The position numbers and the translations under genes are program-made. The notes below the pieces were generated by a model, which searched no databases, was not told where the DNA came from, and saw nothing but the letters and a program-made list of their open reading frames with translations. Below, one piece after another: positions 13,526-42,620 of a DNA stretch of 64,000 nt (positions within the stretch are counted from its first letter, which is position 1; each line of letters opens with the position of its first letter). Where the stretch lies: the NCBI GenBank assembly GCA_001643675.2, contig LSRY02000024.1, positions 434,001-498,000 of the forward strand. The letters are read 5' to 3'. Source of the stretch: Monocercomonoides exilis PA203 (taxonomy: Eukaryota; Protista; Preaxostyla).

Positions 13526-16500
13526 CTATAAAAATCTAAGAAAAGGATTTTTTCTGAAGCTGTCAATTACAAAAATGCGTCGATTCAAATCGAAAATTTC
13601 ATTTTTTGTTGAAATTCTTTCTTTCAATAGCCACAGATAATCAATATTAACATTTTGCGTGAATGTTTCCACAAAATCAAGTATTCCAGATTCTTCCAAA
13701 TCATCTACCATCTTGCGGAAAAGTCGCATTCTTGATTCACTTCGCTTCTTAACTTTTTCTGTATCATCAGATAAATCCACTGCATCAAATCTGACAAATT
13801 CATTCCCCAAATATGTTGAATCAATTCGTGGAATGCAAACTTTTTTACCAAATAAAGAATTATCTTTCTGATCTGATAAACATCTGAGGATTGGTTGTAT
13901 TGAAGTTAACCCTGGAACATTTCTCAAATCTATTATTTTTTTATTAAATGGCTCAATCGACTTTAAGAAAATAGAGCTCGATGACTGTGCGTAGATTAGA
14001 GAATTTTCGAAAACACGACGAACTCCGCATGAAAGCAATTCTGGAGAACAATGCGCCTGCTCCGCCATCCAATCCAAAAGTGCACACATATATCCTTTCT
14101 CAAAAGCAAACGGAAGTTCTTTCGAAACATTCAACAAAACAGAAATCATAATTATCGTAATCACAATTGGGATCAACTCCAAAGAAGAAGGAAAATAGAT
14201 CTCATTTTGAGAAACGTTGAAAATTATTGGAGAGCACAATCCAAAGCGATTAGTTAGTTTGCGCATAATAAATTCAAAAAAAGTTCGAACAACAATTTTT
14301 TCTGCATTTTTCTTGTCTGAAACAATTGCAGATGTAATGCAACTCAGATTGAAGTTAAGTCTATAGGCATTCAAAGAATAATGGTGCGGATAAACCAATT
14401 GATTTTTGTTGCAACAGTTTTGTGGTTTACAAAAAGACGCCTGAAGACCGAAGACCGAGCTATAAGCGATTAAAGCAGATTTCAGAGTCCTTTGAAACAA
14501 AGCATCGTCGTAGTCTTTCAGCGCTAAATCGTAATCAGATCCAGTTAAGCAATTTTCAAACTGGGGTTCAAAGGCAGACATGCAAAGATCATTTGGAAAT
14601 GTTATGCACATTTTATTTAACTCAAACTCTTCTTCTCTTGAATCATATGATAACTCTGATGAATTACTCGGTTGCAATTTATCCCTCAATTTTGCTTCTG
14701 CCATCTCCTTCTCTATCAAAGGTAGATCAGCCATGATCTGATCTTCAATGGAAGGCAAATAACGAAACAGCATGGAGTCTGACATCACAGTGTATAACGT
14801 TTCAATGCAGCTGCCAGCCAATGTGCAAAAACGTTTCAATGGAAAACTAATTACAAAATTTCAGAAATAAATGATTAAAGCGTTTGGCCATATTTGAATA
14901 ATAATTTCAAAACTTCAAATATTCAGAAAAATAAAAATGCAAACTTCATAAGACGGGTTAAGCGTTCCATCAATGTTATCACTGATTGATCTGGTACTGG
15001 CTGGAAGTAGAAGCCAGCCTTCGTCTTATCTTTTAGAGAAAGGAAAAAACCAGTTTCAATAAGAAAAGAAATAAATTCAGATAAAAAAAAATTAACAAAA
15101 TCATGAAATTGTCTCGGCAAATTAAAAGGGGTTATTTTTCATCATTAGAATATCATCATGAAAGAGGAGAAATGAATATGTTCAACAAAGCATACAATAC
15201 TCATCTAAGTAATTTGATGTCAATAAAAGCACTTTTTGAACTCGTTTCATTTCATCACTGAAATCACAGGGTGTTAAAGGAATGCTTCTCCTGCAAGAAT
15301 AATAGCTTTCAATATTTGCAATAACAACAGAATCAGCATCATATTTGTTGACATTTTCATTTTCATCATTCCGCTTCTCTTTTTCTGCCTTTTCAATTTT
15401 ATTCTTGTTTGAAGACGAAAATGCGCCTTTTCTTTTTCCCTTCCCTTTCACAGATGCTTGTGCACAATCTTCTTTGATTGTCAGCACTTCGTCTTTAAGC
15501 TCTTTTTTCTTCTGGGAAAGATATTCTTCCTCTGCTCCTTTAGGCATCTCTAGTCCTTCAGAGAGCAATGCCATCATCCTCTTTGGAAACCCACACAACA
15601 TAACACAATTCCCTAACGAACAATAAACACGAGCAGCATAAAGACGAATTGAAATTGGGAGATTGAATTTTCCTTCTTCATTGTTCATGCCAGAGTTTTG
15701 CTCAATGGCCGGTGTTGAAACAGAAGCAGAACATGATGATTTGTCAAATCCGTCATCTTCAAAACTTTCAAATTTTTCATTTTCATTTGACTTCACTAAC
15801 TGTTGTGCTTTTTGCTTCAGCTTAGAATTCATTGTTCTATTTCCTTTTTTGTCTTTGAGCATTTCATGAGAATTCATTTCATCTTCGCTCTGCTTTTGCT
15901 TTTCAACAATTGTGGTACAATCATCATCATAAGGAAAATACTTTACGATCATCTCATCTTCGCCAAGAAATCTGCAGTTTCTCATAAATTCTTCTCTATT
16001 TTTTGTGCATTTTTCAAAAGAAACTCCTCTTTTTCGTTGTCCAAGCACAATCTCAAGAATTATAGACATTATATATTCGATCTTCATTTTCTGATTAACA
16101 AAAAAGGAGGCATTTCCAGATAATCGCATGCATAACAAATTAAAATGTTTTATTGCACCGAGTGCATAATGAAGTCCTTCAATCGAATTACATCGGCACA
16201 AAATCGTCTGAATTCCGTCTGAAAGACCCTGATCAGCAATTTGCTTACATTCGTTTTTTTCTGCAATTCTAACAATATGAAAAAGCAATTTTCCTAAAAT
16301 CGAATATGTTTCATCGCTTTCAGCTGCGTTAATTTGATTAACAATTGCAGGAATTAACATTCTGTCCTTAATAACTTTATGAAACAAAGGTGAAGTTGTA
16401 TAATGCGAAGCTCCAGTAACCCTTTTAGAATTGTCTCCATAATGAAACACACATCTCTCTAGACCGCTGGTCGCAACTTTTTTTGGTTCCAAAGTGCGAA

Positions 16501-17092
16501 AGCAATCAGAAAATGATTCTGGATTAAAAATAATTTCCAAAATGGATCCAAATATTATCACTTCTTTTTCACTATTTGTGGAATTAAAAATGTTGCTTCC
16601 TGTTTCTATCAGAGAGTGCAAAATACTTGCAGGAACCACTTCCATTTTCCCTTTGTATTTCACAATGATGTCTAGAATTTCATTTGAACTTTCGAGTAAA
16701 TTCTGTTGCTTAGTCAATGCTGTTCCACTGTTAGAAAATTTAAGCAATTTCAATTGGGAAAGCGTGCAAACGTCAATTTGTTCGTCAGTTCCCCCAACCG
16801 ATCAATTACTTTGAAAATATTTGTTAAAAATCAAAAAAACAAAAACATTAATTGTGAAAAGGCAAACAGTGACTTTTCTCCTCATTTGTCTTATATTTCT
16901 TATTAAGATTTTTCATTTGTTCATCATTCAAAAGAAAAAATGTTTATGGAAAAAAGAAAACACAATTGAAAAAAAAAAATTTAAACAATCCAGCAAAACT
17001 CCAACATAAAATAAATGCATTATTGAAATAAAGCAAACTCCTGCAGTTATTTTTACATTTTCAACCTTCTTCACAATAGATGATGACTTCAT
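13526..17092 (-). CDS. Large multi-exon hypothetical protein (~1050 aa)
   Basis: Co-oriented ORFs 15182..16753, 14923..15120 and 13526..14839 are separated by short AT-rich gaps. An intron GTTTGC...CTAACAG lies at ~16771-16728. The start at 17092 is tentative and not all junctions were resolved. Confidence 0.6.
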
Positions 17093-17721
17093 TTAAAATT
17101 AAAAAAAGTTTATGGGGAAATCCAGAAAAAAACCAAAATAGAAATGTTCATCAAAATTAATTCAAACAAAATGAAAAACATGGGAAACCTATTTAAAAAT
17201 GTGAAAATATATTATGAAGTCTATTTTCAAATTTTAGAATGTGATAGGTGTAATTTGAAAAAAGATGAATAAAATCTCTTTTATCTTTTCTATCACAAAA
17301 AAGCTTTTAATTTTTCACATTTTTTGATATCTATTTTTATTTCATTTTGTAATTATAATAATTATTTTTTCTCATCGATTAGAAAAAAAAAATCAACGAA
17401 TAAAATCAATTGAATGCTTGGAAGGTTAAAAAATGAAAATCACTTTTTTGCTCGAAAAATAAGTGTTTTAATTTTTTTGATATCAATACTGAAATTATAA
17501 TTCATCCATTTTTTTAAGCTGAAAATATTTCTTTCTTTCCTTTAAATCTTTTTCATTTCATTTTATTATCAGTTTGGTACAAATGAATAAAAAAACATAG
17601 CATTTTTCAGATTTTTGGAATTTGAATTGATGCGTTCTTCATTTTGCAAAATCTTTAAAACTTTCTTTTAAAAACAAACAAACAAACAAACAAACAAACA
17701 AACAAACAGAATAAGAACAGC

Positions 17722-19072
17722 TCAAGTCTCTTTCGAATTGAAAGATAAAGTTTTTACGATGTGAAAATTATCTTTTTTATCTTGATGAAGTGCCGGCGTC
17801 ATTTCATAGACGCTTACTGTTTTGTCAATAAATACAACCGCTATCATTGAGGCAAGGGGATTAAATTGGATAGAAGCAATCTAATTGCAAATGAAAAGGA
17901 TTGGGGAAAAAGATAATAAAAATAATCATAAATGTATAAATAAATAAATAAATAAAAGAAAACATTTCACGAACCAAATAACATTGTTTTTTGTTTATAT
18001 TTTAATATTTGAGTAGCAAACACATAAAACAAGAATGAAAAAAGAAAAAGAAAAAAAGAAAAAAGAAAAAGAAAAAAAAGAAAAGAAGAAAAAGAAAATT
18101 CATCACGTTTTTCATAATCATACTTTATTTCCTTTCGCAGTTTGTATCACTTCAACCAAAGAAAATGACATCAAATGACTTGTGTCATCAACAGAAGAAG
18201 AGACAGAACTATTCTGAGAATGCAATGAAGTGGGATTGATTGAAATTGAAGAAGGGAAAAAGGAAGAAGGAGAAGGTTTGGGATTAAGTGGAGAAGAAGA
18301 GGAAGAAGAAGAAAGAGAAAGAGAAGAGGAAGAGGAAGAGGAAGAGGAAGAAGAAGAAGAAGAAGAAAATGATGATGAATAAAGAGTCGAAATGTTTTCA
18401 GATTGAGATTGAGATGAAAGAGCTGTTGAATCAAAGGAAGAAGAAGAAGAAGAAGAAGTAGAAGAAGAAGAAGAAGATAATTTTTCCTTTTCAACTTTTG
18501 TTATATGCAATATCAACACATCAGATGTTTCTGAAGATGATACAGCAACCATTCGCTCGTTTCTTAAATAAAACAGGAAATAAAATAAAATAAAAGAAGA
18601 AATAAGAAAAAAGAAAAAAGAAAAAAGAAAAAAGAAAAAAGAAAAAAGAAAAAAGAAAAAAAGATAAAAATGCAAAAAAAGAAATAAAAATTCGAAAGAT
18701 AAAAGAAAAAATGATCAACAAAACATATGTCATTTCATAAATCTCAAAAAAAATTATGATTGTTTTGAATGCATACGAAAAAGATTCTTTTGATAAAATC
18801 GGAGCAAAATCTATCGATGTGATGGGAAATGAATGTGTTAAAGAAGAAGAAGAAGAAGAAGAAGAAGAAGAAGAAGAAGAAGAAGAAGAAGAAGAAGAAG
18901 AAGAAGATGATGATGATGATGATGCCGATGAAGCAGATAAAGATTGAGATAAAAGAGACCAGGGTTTCACAGAATCGATGACAGAAAATGAGTGAAGTGA
19001 ATCTTCGTATCCCAAAAGCTTGACATGGGAGAATGAAATAAAAGGCAATAAATTATGAAGCATTCATATGGA

Positions 19073-19105
<33 letters not shown>

Positions 19106-19110
19106 CGAAA

Positions 19111-19157
<47 letters not shown>

Positions 19158-20383
19158 AGAAAGAAATAAAGAAATAAAGAAATAAAGAAAGAAAAAAGAA
19201 AGAAAAAAGAAAGAAAAAAGAAAGAAAAAAGAAAGAAAAAAGAAAGAAAAAAGAAAGAAAAAAGAAAGAAAAAAAGATAGAAAAAAAAAATTCAAAAAAT
19301 TTAAAAAATAAACAAACAAGAAAAGTTCCGTCATCGCATCCAATACCAAACAGAGGAGAGTGAAATGGAGAAGAAATATTATTCGACAAATGAAATGCTT
19401 CAATCGATCGCTCAACGCTGATGCAGCGTGGTGTATGCATCAATGGAAGAGTCTATCAGAAATATAAACATTAAAAAAAAAAACATGTAAAAATTTATTG
19501 CAATTACAAATAATTACATAAATATTAATTAAAAATGATTCATTTTTGTCATTTCATAATTTAGAAGTTAATAAAAATGTTGTTACAAAATCATATTTTC
19601 TCAAAAAGCACCTTTCATACCAAAACAGTCCAGTTATCTGATTCATTCAAAGAATGCACGCACTCTTCATCAATACACAATGGTGTTGGCAACTCAAATC
19701 TTTGAGTGTGCAATTCTCTTTCAATACCCTCCTTTGCCACATCTGGTGGCAGGCAAAGAGAAGAACGAAATTCAGATGGCCCACAAATCACTGTAAAAAA
19801 TCCGCAAGGCGTTTCAGCACAGGGAGAAGAAAAACTGCAATTGCTTTTTGATGCTACGGATATGGCAGCAAGAAGAAAGCCACAATGAGATGGAGCAAAA
19901 CATAATCCTACAACTCTTAAAATTTTCGATAATTTATTTAACATTTCATAAATATCACAAACTGATTGCAATTTTTTATGGTTGCTTCTTTAAAAAGTTG
20001 GTATTCCGAAGGATGAGAAGGATCAGACGTTTTCTCAACAAAAATCATTATTCTGTTATCCTTTGTGGATATCGCAAAAATAACTCCAAATTTAGTATCG
20101 CTCCAGGATACGTGCATTGGTATTGAATTTAACTAAATTCGAAAAAAACTTTATTGTATGAAGAAAAACCAATTTCATACAATGATTGTGTGCTCAAGAA
20201 CAAAAGAACCATTCGATTGCCTTTGGGAAACAAGGACACCATATTTCTTTTCTCTTTGCGAAATGATTCCACACGAAATCAAAAGCTGTTCTATTTAAAA
20301 TGCAGATTGGTAACATTAACAATTCGAAAATATTTCAAACTTGAGTGTATTAATTGACTATCGAAGAGAATACAATCACTCAT
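17722..20383 (-). CDS. SEH1: WD40 protein, divergent Seh1 (Sec13/Seh1 family)
   Basis: Spliced exons give family-like blades in the Seh1 order: VSWSDTKFGVIFAISTKDNRIMIFVE (cf. V.WAHP.FG..LAS.S.D), VVGLCFAPSHCGFLLA (cf. V.DV.FAP.H.GL.LA), SPLFGIGCDDG, HSFPITSIDFAPILS (cf. H..PV.D..FAPNLG) and IASIQFNPLASMIAVVFIDKTVSVYE. Confidence 0.6.
19070..19280. repeat. Compound intronic microsatellite (GAAA)n/(TAAA)n/(GAAAGAAAAAA)n
   Basis: Tandem repeats visible directly inside an intron of the WD40 gene. Confidence 0.85.
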
Positions 20384-20525
20384 GCTTTTAATATATTAAA
20401 AAAATTAAAATTAATCAAATATTTGAGACTTTTATTCCGTTCCCAAATAAATAATTATTGAATTATTTTGTATAATGGTTGACTTTTTGAATTTATGGAT
20501 TTTGATCAAAGATCAAATTTGTTGG

Positions 20526-37028
<16,503 letters not shown>

Positions 37029-37235
37029 GCAAAATAAAATGTACTGCAATATTTGTAAAAATTTGATGTTTGTTTTTTTTCTTAAAAGTAAATATTAATT
37101 ATTCACTTCACTTTATAATTTTGATATTCTAGCTCTATACATTTGATATTTTGAAAAAGGAATTTCAAATAAAATTTTTCCCAAGAAAAATCAAATCTTG
37201 ATTTATGTTGAAATACTTAGTTTTAGTCCTAAGAT

Positions 37236-37279
37236 TATACCTCTGTGACCTGACAAATAACTTGAAGCCTCGTCTGTCA

Positions 37280-37319
<40 letters not shown>

Positions 37320-37711
37320 TTTCAATTAATATGAAATAAAAAATTGCAAAAACTTCTAAAGACTTTTCAAAGCACTATGGAAATAATTTGTTGATAGCAT
37401 CTGTAATATCTTGTCGATTTTTCTTCTTTGTCAGTGACCGTCAGTGACTGTCAATGACAAATTGTGACAAAAACATTCCTCAACTGACGTTTCGTGTCAA
37501 TTAAAATAAATATTGGGAACTTGATCACAAAATTAAAAATTGGATTTTTTTCAAAATAATAAGAATTATTTTATGAAGATTTTCAAATTAATTGTTTTTG
37601 TAATTGAAAATTGTGAAATCGTTACAAATAACCTTTTTTGACAAATCATAAATATCTTGTCAGTCATTTTGTCATTTTTTCAATTTTCTCTTGTCATATC
37701 ACAGATGTATA
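37236..37711. mobile_element. Non-autonomous hAT-like DNA transposon (476 bp)
   Basis: Perfect 8-bp TSD CCTAAGAT (37228-37235, 37712-37719). 21-bp TIRs tatacctctgtgacctgacaa / ttgtcatatcacagatgtata with 3 mismatches. Many internal TGAC/GTCA motifs. Confidence 0.82.
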
Positions 37712-37905
37712 CCTAAGATTTTCGAATTTACAGATCACAATATTAAAATAATTGGTTTAATTCTAGCGTATGACTTATTTGATTTGAAAGAATTATTTTT
37801 TTTAATTTAAAAAGAAATTATAAATGCTTCTTTGAGCTTTGAAATAAAAGAATCCTTTTGATTATTCATAATTTGCAAGATCCAGATGATTTGCAATAAT
37901 TATGT

Positions 37906-38145
37906 GGGTGATTCTTTTTTAAAAGTCGCAAATGTATAATTCACAAATAAATCAAAAATTTCATATTTTGCTCAAATTTTCCTTGGCAAACACCAAACTT
38001 CACTAATATGGAATCTATTAAAGGATTATGCGATTTCACACATTCTAAAGGAGATTTACGAGAAGAAACAGAAATTTGAACAGAATGCAAAATTTTTGAA
38101 ATTTTTTAAAATTTAACATTTGTGACTTTTCAAAAAGAATTACCC
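37906..38145. mobile_element. MITE (240 bp), family B copy 1
   Basis: GGG...CCC termini and ~80-bp imperfect TIRs (gggtgattctttttt aaaagtcgcaaatgt / acatttgtgacttttcaaaaagaattaccc). Flanking 4-mers do not match. Confidence 0.7.
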
Positions 38146-38257
38146 AACTGAATTTATAACCAAATTAATTATTATAAATCAATTCATATGGAAGAAAAAC
38201 TATTATTGAAGAAGAGTGAAGTTTTTGAAAAGTTTCTTGTTTTATGAATCAACAATT

Positions 38258-38525
38258 GGGGGAAAATATGGACTTTCAAGCTTTTTATGCACAAAACATG
38301 AAAAAACTGTTTCACTTATAACATTTTTAAACTCAACCAGATTTCAAAAACAATTTGATTTTCATATCTGTTAACAAACATCATTGATATAATAACATTA
38401 TGTTTTGTGACACCAAACGTATTTCAAAAAATCAACATATTTATTTCAAATTTTCTGATCACAAAAAGTTCATCGCATATGCATAATTTTTCAATGAAAG
38501 TGTCTGAAGTCAAATATTTTGTCCC
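38258..38525. mobile_element. MITE-like element (268 bp)
   Basis: TIRs gggggaaaatatggactt / aagtcaaatattttgtccc, flanked by AATT on both sides. Confidence 0.55.
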
Positions 38526-38535
38526 AATTACATAT

Positions 38536-38775
38536 GTCTAAATTTTTTTGAAAAGTTTCTTTTGTTTAATTTTCAAATAAAATATTAATTTCATTTATTG
38601 ATCAAATTTCTGTTTACACTCACTATAATTTGCTGTCATTGAAACGAATCCTTGACAACGTTATTTTATCTGTTTAAGTGTGGTTTCATGAGTGAAAACA
38701 GAAATTTGATCGAAATATGAAATTTTTAATTAATTTGAAAATTAAAAATTTGCGATTTTTCAAAAAGAATTACCC
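38536..38775. mobile_element. MITE (240 bp), family B copy 2
   Basis: The right ~80 bp is the reverse complement of the left arm of 37906-38145. The left TIR is degenerate. Length is identical to copy 1. Confidence 0.6.
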
Positions 38776-38840
38776 ATTTAATACCGTTTTCACAAAAGAA
38801 CTATTCAACAAAATAGACAATTCGCAATAGAGCGAATCGA

Positions 38841-38918
38841 AGAACGCTAGGAGCAGGTTTGCTCCTCGATAATGAGTATTGATCACGATTTATGGGCGGT
38901 TTAAGATCAAACTTCGCC
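38841..38918. repeat. DIRS left ITR (preceded by a 22-nt left extension, 38819-38840)
   Basis: Reverse complement of 44791-44869, e.g. ttgatcacgatttatgggcggtttaag. Confidence 0.9.
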
Positions 38919-38958
38919 AATGCTCACATTTTCTTGAACATCATTGTCCGCAGTGTAG

Positions 38959-40194
38959 ATGACACAAGATACTGTAAGAATGCCAAATAGCGACGGCGTG
39001 GACAGAGAATTTGATCTTATGCACAGACTTTCAAGAGTTGAAAACATGATCGAAGAAATTATCAGAAGACAAACATGGCCAATGCAGTCCGGAGCTGCAA
39101 AGATAATACCACAGAAAAAGGAGAAGAGGGAACGACTTAAAAAAAGAAGCAGATCTAGATCGAGCAAGTCGGAGTCGGATACAAATTTTTTTGACGCGAT
39201 TACGAGGAAGAAGCAAGGACAGAGGGAGGGAGGATGTCGCACATATAGCCGAACGAAAAGACTGGAGGACGAAGAGGATAGTGCCTAGGATTCGGAAGAG
39301 CAAGAAGTTCAGGAAGAGAAGGAAAGAATAGAAGACTATACCAGAACCTTTCTCAGGGAGTGGTTGACACACCGGAGACAAGCGAGCGAGTGGAGGATCT
39401 TTATTGAATTTTGCAAAGTCGGATCGATCAGAATGAGTGAAGACATTCAAATAAATTTATCTTGGAAAGTTAAAAAAGAGCTTTTCACGGGACACACTGA
39501 CTCAAGCTGGAACGCGCTAGCTAGGACAGCCATTTCAACAAAGGGAAGAAGAGACTCACCAGAAGCGAACCGAGCAATTGAACTCCTCCAGCCTGCCCTA
39601 GAATAAGGCTTTGAAGAAGCAAAAGCAATTGCGTCATTAATAGAGAAGGAACTTGAGAAGGAACATCTCATGGAAGAGGAGAAAGAACGATAGATAGGAC
39701 TATTTTGCGCCTATGCGCTTATCGCCGACTGTATCAGCAGAATTAACTTGTTGAAAGTTATTCCTCAATCGGGTTGGGAAAGCGCGAAAGGCTTTTTTGA
39801 AGGAGGAATGTCGAAGGAAGTGCCGGAGAACCGGAGAAAACTGGTGGAGAGCACTAGCTTTTTTCATTCAGAGGAGGATGCCCCAGGGTACGGAGCATCA
39901 CCTGTTTCTCCAACAGCCCTCTGTCTCATCTCATCCAGGAGTGGATGTTCAAGGAGGAACAGTACGTGCAGGAATGCTCAGGGCTTCGCCTATAGACAGC
40001 TCCAAAAACGCAACTTCGATGGGAGCTTCACGAACTTCAGAGAAAGGAGGAAGTCAACACAAGCCTCACCACAGTATTCCCCAGCACCTGCTGGGAGACT
40101 TGCTCCAACCACAATTCCTCTTCCCCCAGCTAACTCGAGGATCCAGGGAGGAACAGCAACAGGAACAGCTATTGGAACGAGTAAATGGGATTAG
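38959..40194 (+). pseudogene. DIRS ORF1 (gag-like), interrupted
   Basis: Fragments 38959..39288, 39364..39606 and 39748..40194 with internal stops. Called by position in the element, not by motif. Confidence 0.55.
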
Positions 40195-40241
40195 AAGGAG
40201 TGAAGGAGAAAGGAGAGAGAGTAGAGATAGAAGAGTGAGCG

Positions 40242-42620
40242 GTGCTTTACAAAGAAACTGAGAAAGAGAAGAGATTGTCAGGCTCCAGCGAGAGGACTAT
40301 CCGACAAGAAACCGTAGCTCCGGGCGAGAAGCGATCAGAGACGGAAGTGCAGAAACAACAGGTGAACGTCATAGAGACTCTGAGCTCGTTAGACCAAAGG
40401 AAGGAGAGAGAACGGGAAATCACAGCGGACTCGGCAAGAGAGATATCGAGAGAAGATGTGCAACACGAGGTCACGATAACAGAAGGAGACTCCGCATATC
40501 CTCGAGTGACGAGACTGAAGAACGAGTGGAGATTCGAGAAGGCGAAAGAGAAGGGAGTCTGGAGAGCTTCTGGGACTGTTACAGAGCCCCCAACTGGGAC
40601 TGCTCGGGAGGAGAACATGCGGAGAGCTGTTGCAAATGCTTTCGTGGTAGTTGAAGATATGGGGATCCAGAATGGTCACTGGACGCCAGAAGTGAGGAGG
40701 AGTACAGTGATTGGACAATTGAAGGAGCCACTTCAGGGGAGACTGGTGAACAGGCTGAGCGAGTGGAAGAAGATTGGGGGAGACAAACAAGTGAGCCGTG
40801 GTATAAAAGCTCGATGGAAAAGTCCCCAGTCCCCAATATCACTCGAGAAGAGAAAACACAAATAAGAATTTCGGGGGAAGACAGAGATAACGAACAATTA
40901 TTTATCCCTCTTGGAGTTGGAATTGAAGGACGGAGTGGTGAAGCCCACTTCAGAGTCGGAGGTGAAGTGGTTCAATCCGACATACATGGTGATAAAGAAG
41001 AACGGAAAGTGGAGAAAGATACTAGATTGCAGGGCGCTAAACAAGGAAGTGCAGGGAAAGCATTTCAAGATGGATTCCCAGGAGACAGTGTTGGAACTCC
41101 TGGAGGAGAACGATTGGATGACTACGCTCGACATATCGAGTGCTTATCAACATGTCAAAGTGGACGAGCAGTTCAGTCCCTTTCTGTGCTTCAGCTTTCA
41201 AAAGCAATGCTACACTTACGTGGGGATGCCATTTGGAGCAAAGGACGCCCCCAGAGTTTTCACGAAGATTATGAGACGGGTGACGTTATATATCAGAGAA
41301 AAGTAGAATGCAAAGCTTGTAATATACCTGGACGAAATTCTCCTCACACATCCTGACAGGGATGCATTGAGATTGATCTCATATGAGATAGCCCGGTTCC
41401 TGAGGAATCTGGGATGGATTCATTCAGAAGAGAAGCTGAAGTTGGAACCCACAAGGATTGTAGAGTTTCTGGGATGGTTGTGGAACTCAGAGAAGATGGA
41501 AGTGACACTCCAAGAAAGGAAGAGAGTGCTGCTGCTTGAGGATGTGCGAATGTGGATAGCACATGCAAAGAAAAGGAGGAGACAAAAGACGAGAGACCTT
41601 GCAGCACTCCTCTGAAGGTTGAACTTCGTGAGACTGCAACACCCACCAGCGAGTTTGTGGATGACGCGTATGCAATACGTGCTGAGGCATGCAATAGCCC
41701 GCGGAGGCTGGAACGGGACGGTGATAGTCAGCCCAATGATACTGGGAGAATTAACACACTGGAGAAAGATACTACAAGAAAACAGACCAAGGAGTCTGAA
41801 GAGAAGGATCAGACCAGCAGAGCTAACAACGGACGCTTCAGAGATGGGATGGGGTGCAGTATTAACAATACTGACAGAGAACAAAGAGGAGAAGATTTTG
41901 ATGCACGGAAGTTGGACCCTCCAGGAGAGTGCGTTAGCGATAAACGAAAAGGAGCCAAGAGCAGTGTTGAGGACTTTCGAAAGGAAAAGAGCATGGCTGC
42001 AACAACAGAAGATAGATCATATTTGTCTGATTACAGAAAACATGTCCACAAGATGGACGATAGAGAAGAAGAGGGGAGAGCCATTGCTCATTCCAACACT
42101 GAGAACATTTGAGAAGAAACTGAACAGCCTGGACATTTCTATACAGACGGAACACCTCCCGTGAGAACAGATCACGGAGGCAGATGCACTCAGCCGGATG
42201 GCGAGAAAGCCGGACTATGCACTGAAGGGGGAGAAAGTCGCAGAGATATTGCAAGCAGTTGCACGGAGAACACTAGATATTATTTCAGAACCGATTGCGC
42301 CGGTGCCCTGTGGAACTATTTGGAGACTTTCCTCCGTAAGAAGGAAGAGAGAGAGAAACGCAAGAAAACGAGATAGTACTAGTCCATCTGTTCATGAGAT
42401 ACATTGGACGGGTGCTAAAAGAGAGAATGAACGAAGCTCAGAGAGATCTGACGATTCTGATTCTGCCAGCCTGGCAGGGGCAGACCTGGACCCCGCTACT
42501 GCAGCTTGGGCATTCGATAAGGACCCTGGGGACCTTTTAGGAGTGCATGATACCGGGAGCGAAGATGAGAAGGGAAGGCTGGAAATTACCCCTAGAAGAG
42601 GTAATAAGCGTTACACTGGA
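40242..42620 (+). pseudogene. DIRS pol: RT, RNase H and methyltransferase-like domain, disrupted
   Basis: RT motifs LQGRL...EW, KKNGKWRKILDCRALN, LDISSAYQH, MPFG...APRVFTK, VIYLDE (YxDD altered). RNase H motifs TDASEMGWGA, INEKE, EADALSR. MT-like ILILPAWQGQTWTPLL at ~42455. Stops at 41304 and 41613 plus frameshifts. Confidence 0.9.

Noticed and set aside
37281-37314. Poly-A tail of a SINE or retrocopy
   Set aside because: It lies inside the TIR/TSD-bounded element at 37236-37711, and no upstream SINE body was seen.
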